In this document: positions 1 through 11,631 of the stretch, piece by piece
How the letters are laid out: every line of letters begins with the position of its first letter
Position numbering within the stretch: the first letter of the stretch is position 1
Origin: Neocallimastix sp. 'constans'
Lineage: Eukaryota
Assembly: GCA_050613775.1 (NCBI GenBank)
Contig: JBODTK010000010.1
Span: 558,001-622,000, forward strand
Direction: 5' to 3'
Length of the DNA stretch: 64,000 nt
Translations under genes and position numbers: made by a program
The notes under the pieces: generated by a model
Told to the model about the DNA's origin: nothing
Database searches by the model: none
What the model saw: only the letters and a program-made list of their open reading frames with translations

Positions 1-891
1 CATATCCATTATAGATTATCTTCCTATGGATATTAAAATTTATTATTAATTTATTTAATACAAAGTAATTTACAAAAATAAAATAAAATAAAATAAAATA
101 ACATAAAATAAAATAAAATAAAATTAAATTAAATAAGAATAAGAAATATAAATAATAATAAATATTAAATTCAAATAAAAATTTTGGAATAAACAAAAAT
201 TTACATGGAAACAATTTAAGATATCATAATCATATATATATTATTTTTAAGCTATTAGGTTTCATTAAGCATTTTTTTTTTTTTTTTAACATTTTCTAAT
301 TTAATTAAAATAAATTTATAAAAAAAATTATATATTTCAATAAAAAGAAAAGAAAAGAAAAAAAAATTATTATTGAAAAAAAGATAATTTCTTTAAAATT
401 TTTAATTTATTTTTTATCTTTTTTTCCATAATATACATCTTATAAATAAGTATATATATTGTTTTGTTTTGTTTTTTATTTATATATATATATTTAAAGT
501 TTTATTAATGGAAATGACATTAATTATTTTTTTTTTCTATATAAAATAATATTTAATATTATGTATTTTAATTAATCCTAATATAATTAAATATTTAATT
601 CAATACAAAGAATGTATATTCTTAGGATTATCTTATTAATTTACATATTCTATCAAATTTATTATTTAAAAAAAAAAAATTATATATATATATATATAAG
701 CATTATAATATTTTAATATAAATAATTTATATAACTTTATTATTATATAAAGTATAATAATATATATTTTAAATATTTAATTTTAATTTTTAATATAAAG
801 TATATATTATTTCAATAGTTGTATACAAATTTATTAGATTTCAATTCTATTGAAAAAGGTAAAAATAAAAAATTTTAATTCAAAATAAAAA

Positions 892-962
892 TGCGTTAAC
901 CGGGAATCGAACCCGGGCCATTTGCTTGGAAGGCAAATATTCTACCTCTATACTATTAACGC
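892..962 (-). tRNA. tRNA-Gly (anticodon TCC), intronless
   Basis: Reverse complement GCGTTAA-TAGTATAGAGGTAGAATA-TTTGC-CTTCCAA-GCAAA-TGGC-CCGGG-TTCGATT-CCCGG-TTAACGC-A folds as a cloverleaf with a 7-bp acceptor stem and a TTCGA T-loop. A T5 Pol III terminator follows immediately (887-891). Confidence 0.95.
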
Positions 963-976
963 CACCTCAATTTTTG

Positions 977-1028
977 TGTTACGAGACAATAAAAAAAAAA
1001 TGAATAATAATTAAATATTCAATTATAT
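977..1028 (+). repeat. 5' LTR of element B, first 52 bp
   Basis: Matches the start of the 3' LTR at 16343 apart from one extra A in the A-run; continues at 11001. Confidence 0.9.
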
Positions 1029-1745
1029 TGTTGAAATTATAACTGAATTGAAATCTCAATTTCAGTTATTTACATTTCAATAATTAAAAATATTATTTAT
1101 TTAATTATAAATAATATATATATTTAATATATATATTTAAATAATTAATAATTAATATAAATTCTTGTTTAATATTTAAAGGGTTATCTTAGGCCTAATA
1201 ATCCTGAGAATATTAATAAATAAGGTTTATATTAATAATTAATTTCAATGATACATTTGACGTCACGTGTATTTTATTTATATTATGTTTTTATATATGT
1301 TTACAACATATCTATATTAAATTCAATTATTCAAATTAATTATATAATTAAATTTATCCTTATATTTTATTATTATTTATATTATTATTATCTTATAATT
1401 AAATATTATTATTATGTAACTTACAAAGTATAAAAGAAAGATGTAAAAATCTATCTTTTATGTTCTTTGTAAGGTTATTGTAAAATTACCTTAATAGTAA
1501 TATATTATAGATATTTTATTATTAAATAAAATCAATAAATTTAAAATCAAATTAATTTGATAATTCTAATTATCAAAGTTTATTATAAATAAATTTTTAT
1601 TAAACTAAACATTTAAATATTTATTATTATTATTATATATCTATATAGTATATTACTATATAGACATATCGACTTAGTGAATATTTTTATTAAAACATAT
1701 TATTTTATTTAAATTTAAATTATAAATTATATCAAAATCTTAACA
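1029..1745 (+). repeat. 5' LTR of element A (717 bp)
   Basis: Direct repeat of 7353-7581 plus 10508-10995 (229+488=717 bp); TG...CA termini; TATAAAAG at 1429-1436. Confidence 0.93.
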
Positions 1746-1755
1746 ATAACCTTAC
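1743..1755 (+). promoter_or_regulatory. Putative self-priming primer-binding site of element A
   Basis: No TGG-type tRNA PBS follows the LTR. ACAATAACCTTAC is the exact reverse complement of GTAAGGTTATTGT at 1469-1481 within the LTR. Confidence 0.7.
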
Positions 1756-1779
1756 CCTAGTTTTAGTTACTACCTTGAT

Positions 1780-2853
1780 ATGTCTTACTATACGAACGTC
1801 TGGGCTAGTTCAATACCTGACATTGCCCCAATGTCAGAAGTTAATAAGTTAAGGTCTGACGCCCAAGTTACCGTATCAGAATTAGCTTCTTCTGTTAATG
1901 ATAGCTTTTTATTAAAAGAAGATTTTAATAAATATAATCAAGACTTACAGAAAAAACTCTATACACTTAATAGAGATAATAAAAATATTATTAATCAACT
2001 TTCTAATTTAACTAAAATATTCAATGAAAAATTAGATATAAAAATTAGTACCAATGATGATCCCTCTTCTAGCCAATCTGTACCACAAAATCAAGATGAT
2101 AACGCCTCTATTTCTACCAGACGTGATGCAGACAATGATGTCATCATGAAAAATAGTTATTCTAATAATTTGCAACAAGTACCTGAACCTGGATTCTTCT
2201 CAGGTAACACTAATGACACTGATTTATTCTGTCAATTATGTGAAGATACTTTCTCAACTTATCCCAACTTAGGTTTACCAGAAGAAGTAAAAATAAACTT
2301 TGTTAAATCTCGTTTGAGAGACGGTGCAAGAAATTGGTATATTGCTACCTATAACGAGAACAATCATCCAGGAACACTAAAGAAATTATTAAGTGATATA
2401 AAGAAAACTTTTACGAATGTTGCAAGTAAAAAATTGGCTAAAATCCAGTTAGTAAAATTAAAACATTCGTATGGGAAAATAAATGATTATATAGAAAAGT
2501 TTAGAACGTTAACTACTGGTCTGTCTTGGGACCAAGAAGCTTTAGTCTTATTTTTCTATAATGGACTTCACCCAAAGTTCCAAGAAGAAATAGATAAAAT
2601 GGAAGAATTCCCTACAAAGCTTGGTGATATTTATACTAAGTGCATCTTATTTGAAAATAATATTAAAAGTAAGGACCAATTAAGAAATAATATTGGTAAT
2701 AAAAACTTGAGAAAGAAACATTCAAGCCCATATGTAAACAATAGCAAGAATTATAATAATAATAATTATTATTATACTAAAAATAAATCTAGCAATAAAT
2801 ATTTTAATAATAATAACAATAATAATAATCAAAATAATAACCAAAAAAACTAA
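1780..2853 (+). CDS. gag: Gag (Ty3/Gypsy capsid) of element A
   Basis: 357-aa ORF just after the 5' LTR; retrotransposon-gag-like motifs PGFFSG, KINFVKSRLRDGARNWY, INDYIEKFR and FYNGL. Confidence 0.88.
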   Translation: MSYYTNVWASSIPDIAPMSEVNKLRSDAQVTVSELASSVNDSFLLKEDFNKYNQDLQKKLYTLNRDNKNIINQLSNLTKIFNEKLDIKISTNDDPSSSQSVPQNQDDNASISTRRDADNDVIMKNSYSNNLQQVPEPGFFSGNTNDTDLFCQLCEDTFSTYPNLGLPEEVKINFVKSRLRDGARNWYIATYNENNHPGTLKKLLSDIKKTFTNVASKKLAKIQLVKLKHSYGKINDYIEKFRTLTTGLSWDQEALVLFFYNGLHPKFQEEIDKMEEFPTKLGDIYTKCILFENNIKSKDQLRNNIGNKNLRKKHSSPYVNNSKNYNNNNYYYTKNKSSNKYFNNNNNNNNQNNNQKN

Positions 2854-2993
2854 TTGATGGACTTCAAAAGGAGTCCAGAACATCAAAAAATTTAAAAACA
2901 ATTTATTATAATTTTCCTACACTTGATTCAATTAATGAATCAAATCTCCCATCTACTTTCCTTTTATTTAAATCCTATATTCCTATTAAATTT

Positions 2994-5900
2994 TTGAATA
3001 ATTTTACAATTAAAAATGAAAAAATTCAAAAATTAACATCTGAATCTATGTTAGATTCAGGATCTTTTTGCAATTTTATCACAGAAAAATTAGCAAATAA
3101 ATTAAAACTAAATATTCAAAAAACAAAAAATAAAATCCTAGTTAAAGGTATTTCAGGCAGAACTACAAAATTAGATCAATTTGTTTGGTTAAATTTTCAA
3201 ATTAAAATTTTTAAAAATAATAAATTTTATTTTCAAGATTTTAAAGAAAAATTTTTAATCTCAAATTGTATTCCTACTGATTTACTTTTTGGAAATCAGT
3301 TTATTAGGAAATTCAAAATACATTACAATTATAAAAATAATACCTTATATTCTTATTTAAATTATAATTCTTTAAATGATCATAAAAATAAATCCATAAA
3401 ATATAAGGGAAATAGTTTTTATTTAAACTCGTTGAAAAGAAAAATTTTTAAAAATAAATTTTTTAAAAGAAAAATAAAAAATAAATTTTATTATAAAAAT
3501 TTTTCAAAAAATCGATCAAAAAACAATTCAAAAAATATCTCCAAAAAATTTAATTTAAAAAATTTAAAAAATTTTTCAAAAAATCCAAAGTTTAATAAAT
3601 ATAAAAATTCTATTAATAAAAATTCTAAAATTTATGTATATGTAAAATATTTAAATAAATCTAAAAGTAAATTTTCTTCCAAAAAATTTAACAAAAATCA
3701 TCTAGATTTATATAATAATAAAAAAGAATTTAGTTATAATTTTTTAATATATTGTTTTCTTTCAACGAAAGATAAAGTTGAAATTGAAAATGAGGAACCA
3801 AAAATAGAAGAAATTCCTCATCAATATCAAGATTTAGCAATCGTATTTAGCAAAAAAGAGGCAGATAAATTACCTCCTCACCGTTTAACCGACTGTAAGA
3901 TTGTTTTAGAAAAAGACGCTACACTCCATTACGGCCCAATTTATCCATTAACTGAAGAAGAATCACAAGTTCTTAAGGACTATATAAAAGAAAATTTAGA
4001 AAAAGGATTTATTAGACCATCAGAATCTCCTGCTGGATATCCTGTCCTTTTTCAAAAGAAAAAAGATGGTTCCCTTCGGTTATGTGTAGACTATAAAAAA
4101 TTAAATGCAGTAACTATAAGAAATTCATATCCTCTCCCTCTAATAACAGATATAATAGAAAAAGTAAAGGGAGCAAAATATTTTACGAAATTGGATTTAC
4201 GTTCTGCTTATAATTTAATAAGAATTAAAGAAGGTGATGAATATAAAACTGCGTTTAGAACTAAATATGGTCATTATGAATATTTAGTTATGCCGTTTGG
4301 ATTAAAGAATGCGCCTGCCACTTTCCAATCATTTATTAACTCTATTCTTAGACCATACTTGGAAAAATGTGTAATCTTATACTTAGATGATATTTTAATT
4401 TATTCCAAAGATTTAGAGGAACATCATAATCAAGTCAGAAACGTCCTTCAAACTTTAATTAATAATAATTTATATGCAAAATTAGAAAAATGTGAATTTG
4501 ACCAGAACAAAGTTGAATTTTTAGGTTACATTTTATCTGGTGATGGTGTATCTACTGATCCAAAGAAAATTAAATCAATAGAAGAGTGGCCAAGGCCAGA
4601 AAATTTAAAAGATGTTCAAAGATTTATTGGCCTATGTAATTACTATAGAAGATTTGTTAAAGATTTTGCAAAAATTGCAAAACCCTTACATAATTTAACA
4701 AGGAAAAATATTAAATTTATATGGACAAATGAATGTGAAAATGCTTTTAAGGAATTAAAGAAAAGATTAATTACTTCTCCAATTCTACTTCATCCTGATA
4801 TTACAAAACCTTTTATAGTAGAATGTGATGCAAGTAATTATGCTATTGGTGCTGTTCTATCTCAAAGGGATAAAGATAATAATTTACATCCAGTAGCATA
4901 TTATTCTAGAAGTTTACTAAACGCCGAAATAAATTATACAATAACTGATAAAGAACTACTCGCTATAAGGGATGCTTTTATTGCTTGGAGACATCTACTC
5001 CTTGGTGCTAAATACCAGATTACTGTTTATACAGATCATAGGAACTTAATATACACATTAGGAGGAAAGGTTGCAAATCAAAGACAACATAGATGGTACC
5101 TTTTCTTCCAAGAATATAATTTTATAATAAAGTATAGGCAGGGAAACAAAAACGGAAAACCTGACAGTCTATCTAGGAGACCTGATTATATTAAAAACAA
5201 CATTGAAGAAAAACCTGAAAATATTTTAGACATTAAAAATGTTAAAGAAATTCCATGTTTTGTTAGTATTGTTAGTGATCTTTTAGAAAGAATTATTGAT
5301 GCTACCAAGTCTGACGCTACAGCTGAGGATATTCGACTTTACTTTAGTCCTCAAAATGTAAAAAATGATATGTCCTATAAGCCCTTCAGAAAAATGGAAA
5401 AGTTTAAAATAAAAGACAATTTAATACTTTATAATAATCTAGTCTATATTCCTGAAGTTCTCCGACTAGAAATATTAACTAAGTATCATGAAAAGCCTGC
5501 TGCCGGTCATTTAGGAATTAAAAGAACTTTAGAGTTAATAACAAGAAACTTTTGGTGGCCTAAAATAAAAGAAGATGTAACCAAATATGTAAACTCTTGT
5601 CAGTCCTGTGCAAGAAACAAAATAAATAGGCACAGAAAATATGGTCTTCTACAACCTTTGGATACTCCCGAAAGACCTTGGAAATCTATTGAAATCGACT
5701 TTCTATGTGGTCTTCCCGATTCTAAAGGATATACAGTAATAATGGTAGTTGTAGATCGTTTTTCTAAAATGATCCACTTAATTCCCTTTAAACAAATTCC
5801 TGATGCAAAACAAACTGCTAAGGCTTTTATGAATAATATCTTTAAACTACATGGTTTACCTCAAGATATTTATACAGACAGAGGATCACAATTTACAAGT

Positions 5901-6743
5901 GCTCTTTGGAATGAATTTATGCACTTATTAAAAATTAAAAATAATATAGCTACCACAGATCATCATGAAACCGTCGGACAAGTTGAAAGATGTAACTCTT
6001 TTATTGAACAATATCTTAGGGCTTATTCAAGAGCTTATTATCATGATGACTGGATAGATTGGATCTACCTTGCAGAATTTGCATATAATAATTCGGTTAA
6101 AGAATCTACTAAGGAAACACCTTTCTTTATAAATTATGGGTTCCATCCTTCCATGGACGAATTCTTTTTATTACCTCAAATGGATACTAATTTTAAATAT
6201 ATAAAAAATATAAATACTAGTTTTAATCACATTAAAGACGTCTTACTACGTTCCAAAGAATTATATAAAAGGCATGCTGATAAGAAAAGATTAGAACCTC
6301 CTGTTTTTAAAGAAGGTGACTTAGTATGGGTTCAAACTCCTCCTTCTCTTAATATCGAAGATTATTCTAAATTATCACCTTGTAAGTACGGACCTTATAA
6401 AGTACTTGAAGCTTTAGATAATAATAATTATAAAATAGATTTAAAAAGATCTCCTTTCCCTAAACACCATCCAATATTCCATATATCTGCGCTCGAGCCT
6501 TTCATTCCTACTCCTCAAGAATATAGAAAAAGAAGATCTCATAATGAATCTATTAAAGATATTATAGAAATAGCAGGATTTAGGACCAATTATAAGAAAA
6601 AATGTTATGAATATCGTGTAAGGTATAAATATAAAAATTCATATGATTGGGTTCCTTCAGAAGAAGTTGAAAATAACCCAAGAAATCAAGAGATTTATTT
6701 ATTATATTTAAAGAATGGAAGGAAGCTTACTTCGATAGCTTAT

Positions 6744-6749
<6 letters not shown>
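2994..6749 (+). CDS. pol: Pol polyprotein of element A (protease, RT, RNase H, integrase, chromodomain); frame is open from about 2841 and probably entered by a -1 frameshift
   Basis: LDSGS protease; RLCVDYKKLN and YLDD RT; CDASNYAIGAVL RNase H; H-H-C-C zinc finger and D,D,E integrase; GPY motif; YEYRVRY...DWVPSE chromodomain-like tail. Confidence 0.96.
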
Positions 6750-6780
<31 letters not shown>

Positions 6781-7340
6781 GAAATTTTATTTTTTATTAT
6801 TAATTTTTTAACTTTTACTTTATTATTATCTATTTTTTTAGTTAATTTTAATTTTTCAATATTTCTAAAATGAAATTTCAATTTCAAAATTTCAAAATTC
6901 AAAAATTCAAAAATTCAAAAAATATAGCTATATTACACTCTTAACAATCAATTTATAATTCAACATAATCAAAATTTTATAAATTATTATAATTTTCATT
7001 TTTTTAAAATTTAATGCAACAAATTAAGAAGTTAATTGAAATTAAATTTCAAAATTTCAATTTCAAAAATTCTAAATCAAATTCATTCAACAATGGTACC
7101 ATTATATTCACAACTATCAATTTCATTAACTAAATTTTAATTTTACTAAATTTTAGAAATTTCAAAATTTCAATGAAATGGTCACTTGAAATGGGGGTTC
7201 CTATAAAAATTTAAAAGGACTCAAGCGACCTTCCTCCTTTGAAATTAAAAAATTTTTAATTTATGAAATTTCAAAAAATTTTTTAATAAAAATTTAGACC
7301 TCCGTATCGTTACACAAAAATCGTCTTGAATCCGATTTTT

Positions 7341-7352
7341 ATGGGAGGGCGT
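7341..7352 (+). promoter_or_regulatory. Polypurine tract of element A
   Basis: ATGGGAGGGCGT directly before the 3' LTR start at 7353. Confidence 0.7.
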
Positions 7353-7581
7353 TGTTGAAATTATAACTGAATTGAAATCTCAATTTCAGTTATTTACATT
7401 TCAATAATTAAAAATATTATTTATTTAATTATAAATAATATATATATTTAATATATATATTTAAATAATTAATAATTAATATAAATTCTTGTTTAATATT
7501 TAAAGGGTTATCTTAGGCCTAATAATCCTGAGAATATTAATAAATAAGGTTTATATTAATAATTAATTTCAATGATACATT
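7353..7581 (+). repeat. 3' LTR of element A, first part (interrupted by element C)
   Basis: Identical by eye to 1029-1257. Confidence 0.92.
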
Positions 7582-7963
7582 TGATATAAAACAAATATGT
7601 GTAGTAACATATTTGTATATTTAATAATAATTATTAAATATTAAATTTATATCTTTTTGATAATAATTATTTTATTTTATTTTATTTCAATATATATTAT
7701 TATAATTATAATAATTATAATACTTTAATTCATATAAAATTTATATAGTTCTATATATTAGAATATGTATTTAATATATTACCTATTTCTTATAAATTAA
7801 ATTATTTATATTAGAAATAGAGAACTCTCTTGTAAATTTTTAGGAATTAGAATTATTATTTTAATTGTACGAATATTATAATATTATTAATAAAATATAC
7901 TAAACTACCATTATTTAAAACCCACTGCTTATAAATTATTGCACATAAAAGTCCCGTATATCA
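7582..7963 (+). repeat. 5' LTR of element C
   Basis: Direct repeat of 10122-10503; 7-bp inverted termini TGATATA/TATATCA. Confidence 0.93.
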
Positions 7964-7968
7964 AAAAT

Positions 7969-7987
7969 TGGTGGAGATATCGGGGAT
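7969..7987 (+). promoter_or_regulatory. Primer-binding site of element C (probably tRNA-Ala)
   Basis: TGGTGGAGATATCGGGGAT lies 5 nt after the LTR and is complementary to a ...CCCCGATATCTCCA-CCA 3' end resembling eukaryotic tRNA-Ala. The isotype is inferred. Confidence 0.75.
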
Positions 7988-8596
7988 GTGCTGTGTAAAA
8001 AGTAATTTATAAGTAGTGGTGTTTAGTAATTTTGTTAATTAATTATATATCCGTATATATTTACATAAATTCTCTTCAGTTAGGATTAATTAAAATATAC
8101 TGTTTAGGATATAAATTTTTAATTTTTTTTATTGGTTATTTATAGTTATATTATCTTTGGTGAAGAGAAAGTTATACAATATATGTTATTTCATTCATTT
8201 TAGTACAATTTAATTAAATTGTTTTAAAATAAATAAATATTGGAAAATCTAATAAATATATATATATATTAATAATTTATTAATATAGTGATAGTGTTAA
8301 AAGTAAGATAGTTTAAGTAGGATAATAATATTAATTAGAGATAGTGAAATAGCAAAAATATCGTTATTTTAATTAGCATTTAAGTGAATAATTTAAATAA
8401 AATCTATAATAGGAATATTATTTTAATTAAAATAAGAGTAGGAAGATATAAATAGTGTAGTTTAAAAGTGTTAACATTTTGGAATAAAATTACAATAGAT
8501 ATAAGTATAATAAGATAAAAATATTATTTATTTTAATAGTAGTATATTTAATAATATTAAATAGTAGTACATTTTAAAAATAGATATAGAAATAAA

Positions 8597-9112
8597 ATGG
8601 ATATTAATCAAGATAACCTAACAGAAAAATTACAATTGTTAAAATTGCTAATTCAAAAAGGTAGATTTGGAACTGGAGTTAGTGATGACGTGGATGAATT
8701 AGATGAGTTTGTAGATGGTGAATCAATGGGAATATTAGCTCTTGTTGATAATAAGGAAGCTAGGTGTATTTTAAAAGGATACGGTGAAAATAATTTGGTA
8801 AATCGTAGTTTTCTGGAAAAATATATTCTTAATCATTGTATTGATGACTCAAGTATTACTGGAATAACTAAACTTACAATTTTAAATTTAACTATTGGTG
8901 GTGTTCAAAAAAATGTAATATTCAGAGTAGTTGAGAAAGAAAATCCATTTTATGATATTAGTTTGAATTTTAAAACACAAAGAGAATTAGGAATTATTAT
9001 TGACCCAAGCGACAATTTAATTCTTTTGAAACAAGGAACTTCTGAATTTAGAGTGGTAGCTGAACTTGAAAAATTATCTGTTTTAAATAAAAGAATCAAT
9101 AAAAATGAAGAA

Positions 9113-9146
<34 letters not shown>

Positions 9147-10030
9147 TTTATAATAATAATAACATTTATAATAATAATAACATTTATAATAATAATAACA
9201 ATAATAGTAATAAAATTAATAATACTAAAAATGACGAGGTTGATGACATAATAAACACGAAACTAAATAAATTAAACGCGTTAAAATTGGATAATTTCAG
9301 AGAAAATAATAAATTAGTAAATAATAGTAATAGCAAATGTAAAACAAACAACAATATTATAATTACTAAAGAAAAAAATAAAAATAATATTAAAGGTAGT
9401 GCCAATATTAAGAAAAATCAAAATAATAGTATTGAGATTAATAGTATTGTAATAATAAATAATAAGGAAAATATTAATTCAAATAATAAAAATAAAAATA
9501 TTATTAATAATTCTGAAAATATAAGAAACAAAATAAATAGTCATATAATTGTAAAAGAAGAAATAAATATCAATGAATCTGTTAAAGTTGATAGCATTTT
9601 CAATAGAATTAATAAATCTATAACTCCTGGTTTGTTTAAGGAAATAAATATTATTAATAGTAACAATTCAAAAGTAGATAATATTCAAATTACTTCAAAT
9701 GCTAATAAAAATGAACAATTTATAAAAAAAAATTATTCAGTTAATAATATTACTAATATAAAAGAAAGAAAAATTAATAATAATAATTCACCGGTTGATT
9801 TTAGTAATATTATAAATATAGATAGTGATAAGAAAATAAAAATTAATAAAATTAAAAAAATAATTAAAATTCCATATATTTATATTCAAAATAATGATAA
9901 AAATAAAATATATATTTATAAAATTATGATGCCCAAACCTGAAATCGCGTTAAAGGAGATTATTAAATATAGCAACAATCGCGTAGATACCAAACGGACA
10001 AATAGGAATTATAAATATAAAAGAAAATAA
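8597..10030 (+). CDS. Retropepsin-like pseudo-protease (catalytic Asp lost) with an Asn/Ile/Lys-rich tail
   Basis: Residues ~45-160 align by eye to the protease of element B (ARCILKGYGENNLVNRSFL vs GFAFLDTCASINIVTRSFL; YDISLNFKTQRELGIIIDPSDN vs FDVLVGYKTLKENKLFINPYDN). Confidence 0.75.
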
Positions 10031-10121
10031 AATTTTAAAATTATTATTTATTTTAATTAAACCTTATATTCTCTTTTATAAAAAAAAATATATATAGTTT
10101 AATTTTTAGCAAGGGCATTTC

Positions 10122-10503
10122 TGATATAAAACAAATATGTGTAGTAACATATTTGTATATTTAATAATAATTATTAAATATTAAATTTATATCTTTTTGA
10201 TAATAATTATTTTATTTTATTTTATTTCAATATATATTATTATAATTATAATAATTATAATACTTTAATTCATATAAAATTTATATAGTTCTATATATTA
10301 GAATATGTATTTAATATATTACCTATTTCTTATAAATTAAATTATTTATATTAGAAATAGAGAACTCTCTTGTAAATTTTTAGGAATTAGAATTATTATT
10401 TTAATTGTACGAATATTATAATATTATTAATAAAATATACTAAACTACCATTATTTAAAACCCACTGCTTATAAATTATTGCACATAAAAGTCCCGTATA
10501 TCA
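10122..10503 (+). repeat. 3' LTR of element C
   Basis: Identical by eye to 7582-7963; preceded by AGCAAGGGCATTTC. Confidence 0.93.
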
Positions 10504-10507
10504 CATT

Positions 10508-10995
10508 TGACGTCACGTGTATTTTATTTATATTATGTTTTTATATATGTTTACAACATATCTATATTAAATTCAATTATTCAAATTAATTATATAATTA
10601 AATTTATCCTTATATTTTATTATTATTTATATTATTATTATCTTATAATTAAATATTATTATTATGTAACTTACAAAGTATAAAAGAAAGATGTAAAAAT
10701 CTATCTTTTATGTTCTTTGTAAGGTTATTGTAAAATTACCTTAATAGTAATATATTATAGATATTTTATTATTAAATAAAATCAATAAATTTAAAATCAA
10801 ATTAATTTGATAATTCTAATTATCAAAGTTTATTATAAATAAATTTTTATTAAACTAAACATTTAAATATTTATTATTATTATTATATATCTATATAGTA
10901 TATTACTATATAGACATATCGACTTAGTGAATATTTTTATTAAAACATATTATTTTATTTAAATTTAAATTATAAATTATATCAAAATCTTAACA
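10508..10995 (+). repeat. 3' LTR of element A, second part
   Basis: Identical by eye to 1258-1745. Confidence 0.92.
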
Positions 10996-11000
10996 TATAT

Positions 11001-11457
11001 ACAAAAAAGATTATAATATTTGTTAACAATACTTTATAATAATTTATATTAATATTTTATAATAGTTTTATATTAATATTTTATAATAGTTTTATATTAA
11101 TATTTTATAATAGTTTTATATCAATATTTTATAATAGTTTTATATTAATAATAGTTTTATATTAATATTCTATAATAGTTTTATATTAAAATCTTGTGAT
11201 AATTTATATTAAAATTTTATAATAATTTATATTAATGATTTATAATAATTTTATATATAAATTCGAAACCAATTAAATTAAAATTTTTAATACTAACAAA
11301 TCAAATTGATAGAATATTAAATATTTAAGAAATTATGAAAATAAAATAATTAAAAACTCTCTCTTTCAAAAATAAAAAATTATTTAATAAAGATAAATAA
11401 ATATAATCGAATATATTATTACTATAATAAATTTTAATAATTACCTGTGTTGTCCCA
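11001..11457 (+). repeat. 5' LTR of element B, remainder, containing a 24-bp tandem repeat
   Basis: Matches 16394-17018 except for fewer AATATTTTATAATAGTTTTATATT units. Confidence 0.9.
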
Positions 11458-11462
11458 AAATC

Positions 11463-11479
11463 TGGCGAGCTATGCAGGA
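11463..11479 (+). promoter_or_regulatory. Primer-binding site of element B (possibly tRNA-Arg)
   Basis: TGGCGAGCTATGCAGGA lies 5 nt after the LTR; its complement TCCTGCATAGCTCG-CCA resembles tRNA-Arg(ACG) 3' ends. The isotype is inferred. Confidence 0.7.
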
Positions 11480-11631
11480 CCCAAAATAGTAATAATATGA
11501 AAAGATTATAAAATTAGAAATTTTCAAAGATTGATGGATGAATAATAGAACAAAAAAAAATATAAACAGAAAAATATATATTAAGTAATAATAATAATAC
11601 TATTTAATTAGTAATAAACATAAAGTTAATA

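Larger units (their letters stand above)
7582..10503 (+). mobile_element. Non-autonomous LTR element C (2.9 kb) nested in the 3' LTR of A
   Basis: Two 382-bp LTRs TGATATA...TATATCA; 4-bp TSD CATT (7578-7581 and 10504-10507); tRNA-type PBS; a single ORF with no RT or integrase motifs. Confidence 0.93.
1029..10995 (+). mobile_element. Chromoviral Ty3/Gypsy LTR retrotransposon A (Tf1/sushi-like), nested in the 5' LTR of B
   Basis: 717-bp LTRs TGTTGAAA...CTTAACA; 5-bp TSD TATAT (1024-1028 and 10996-11000); gag and pol with a C-terminal chromodomain-like segment; PPT at 7341-7352. Confidence 0.94.
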
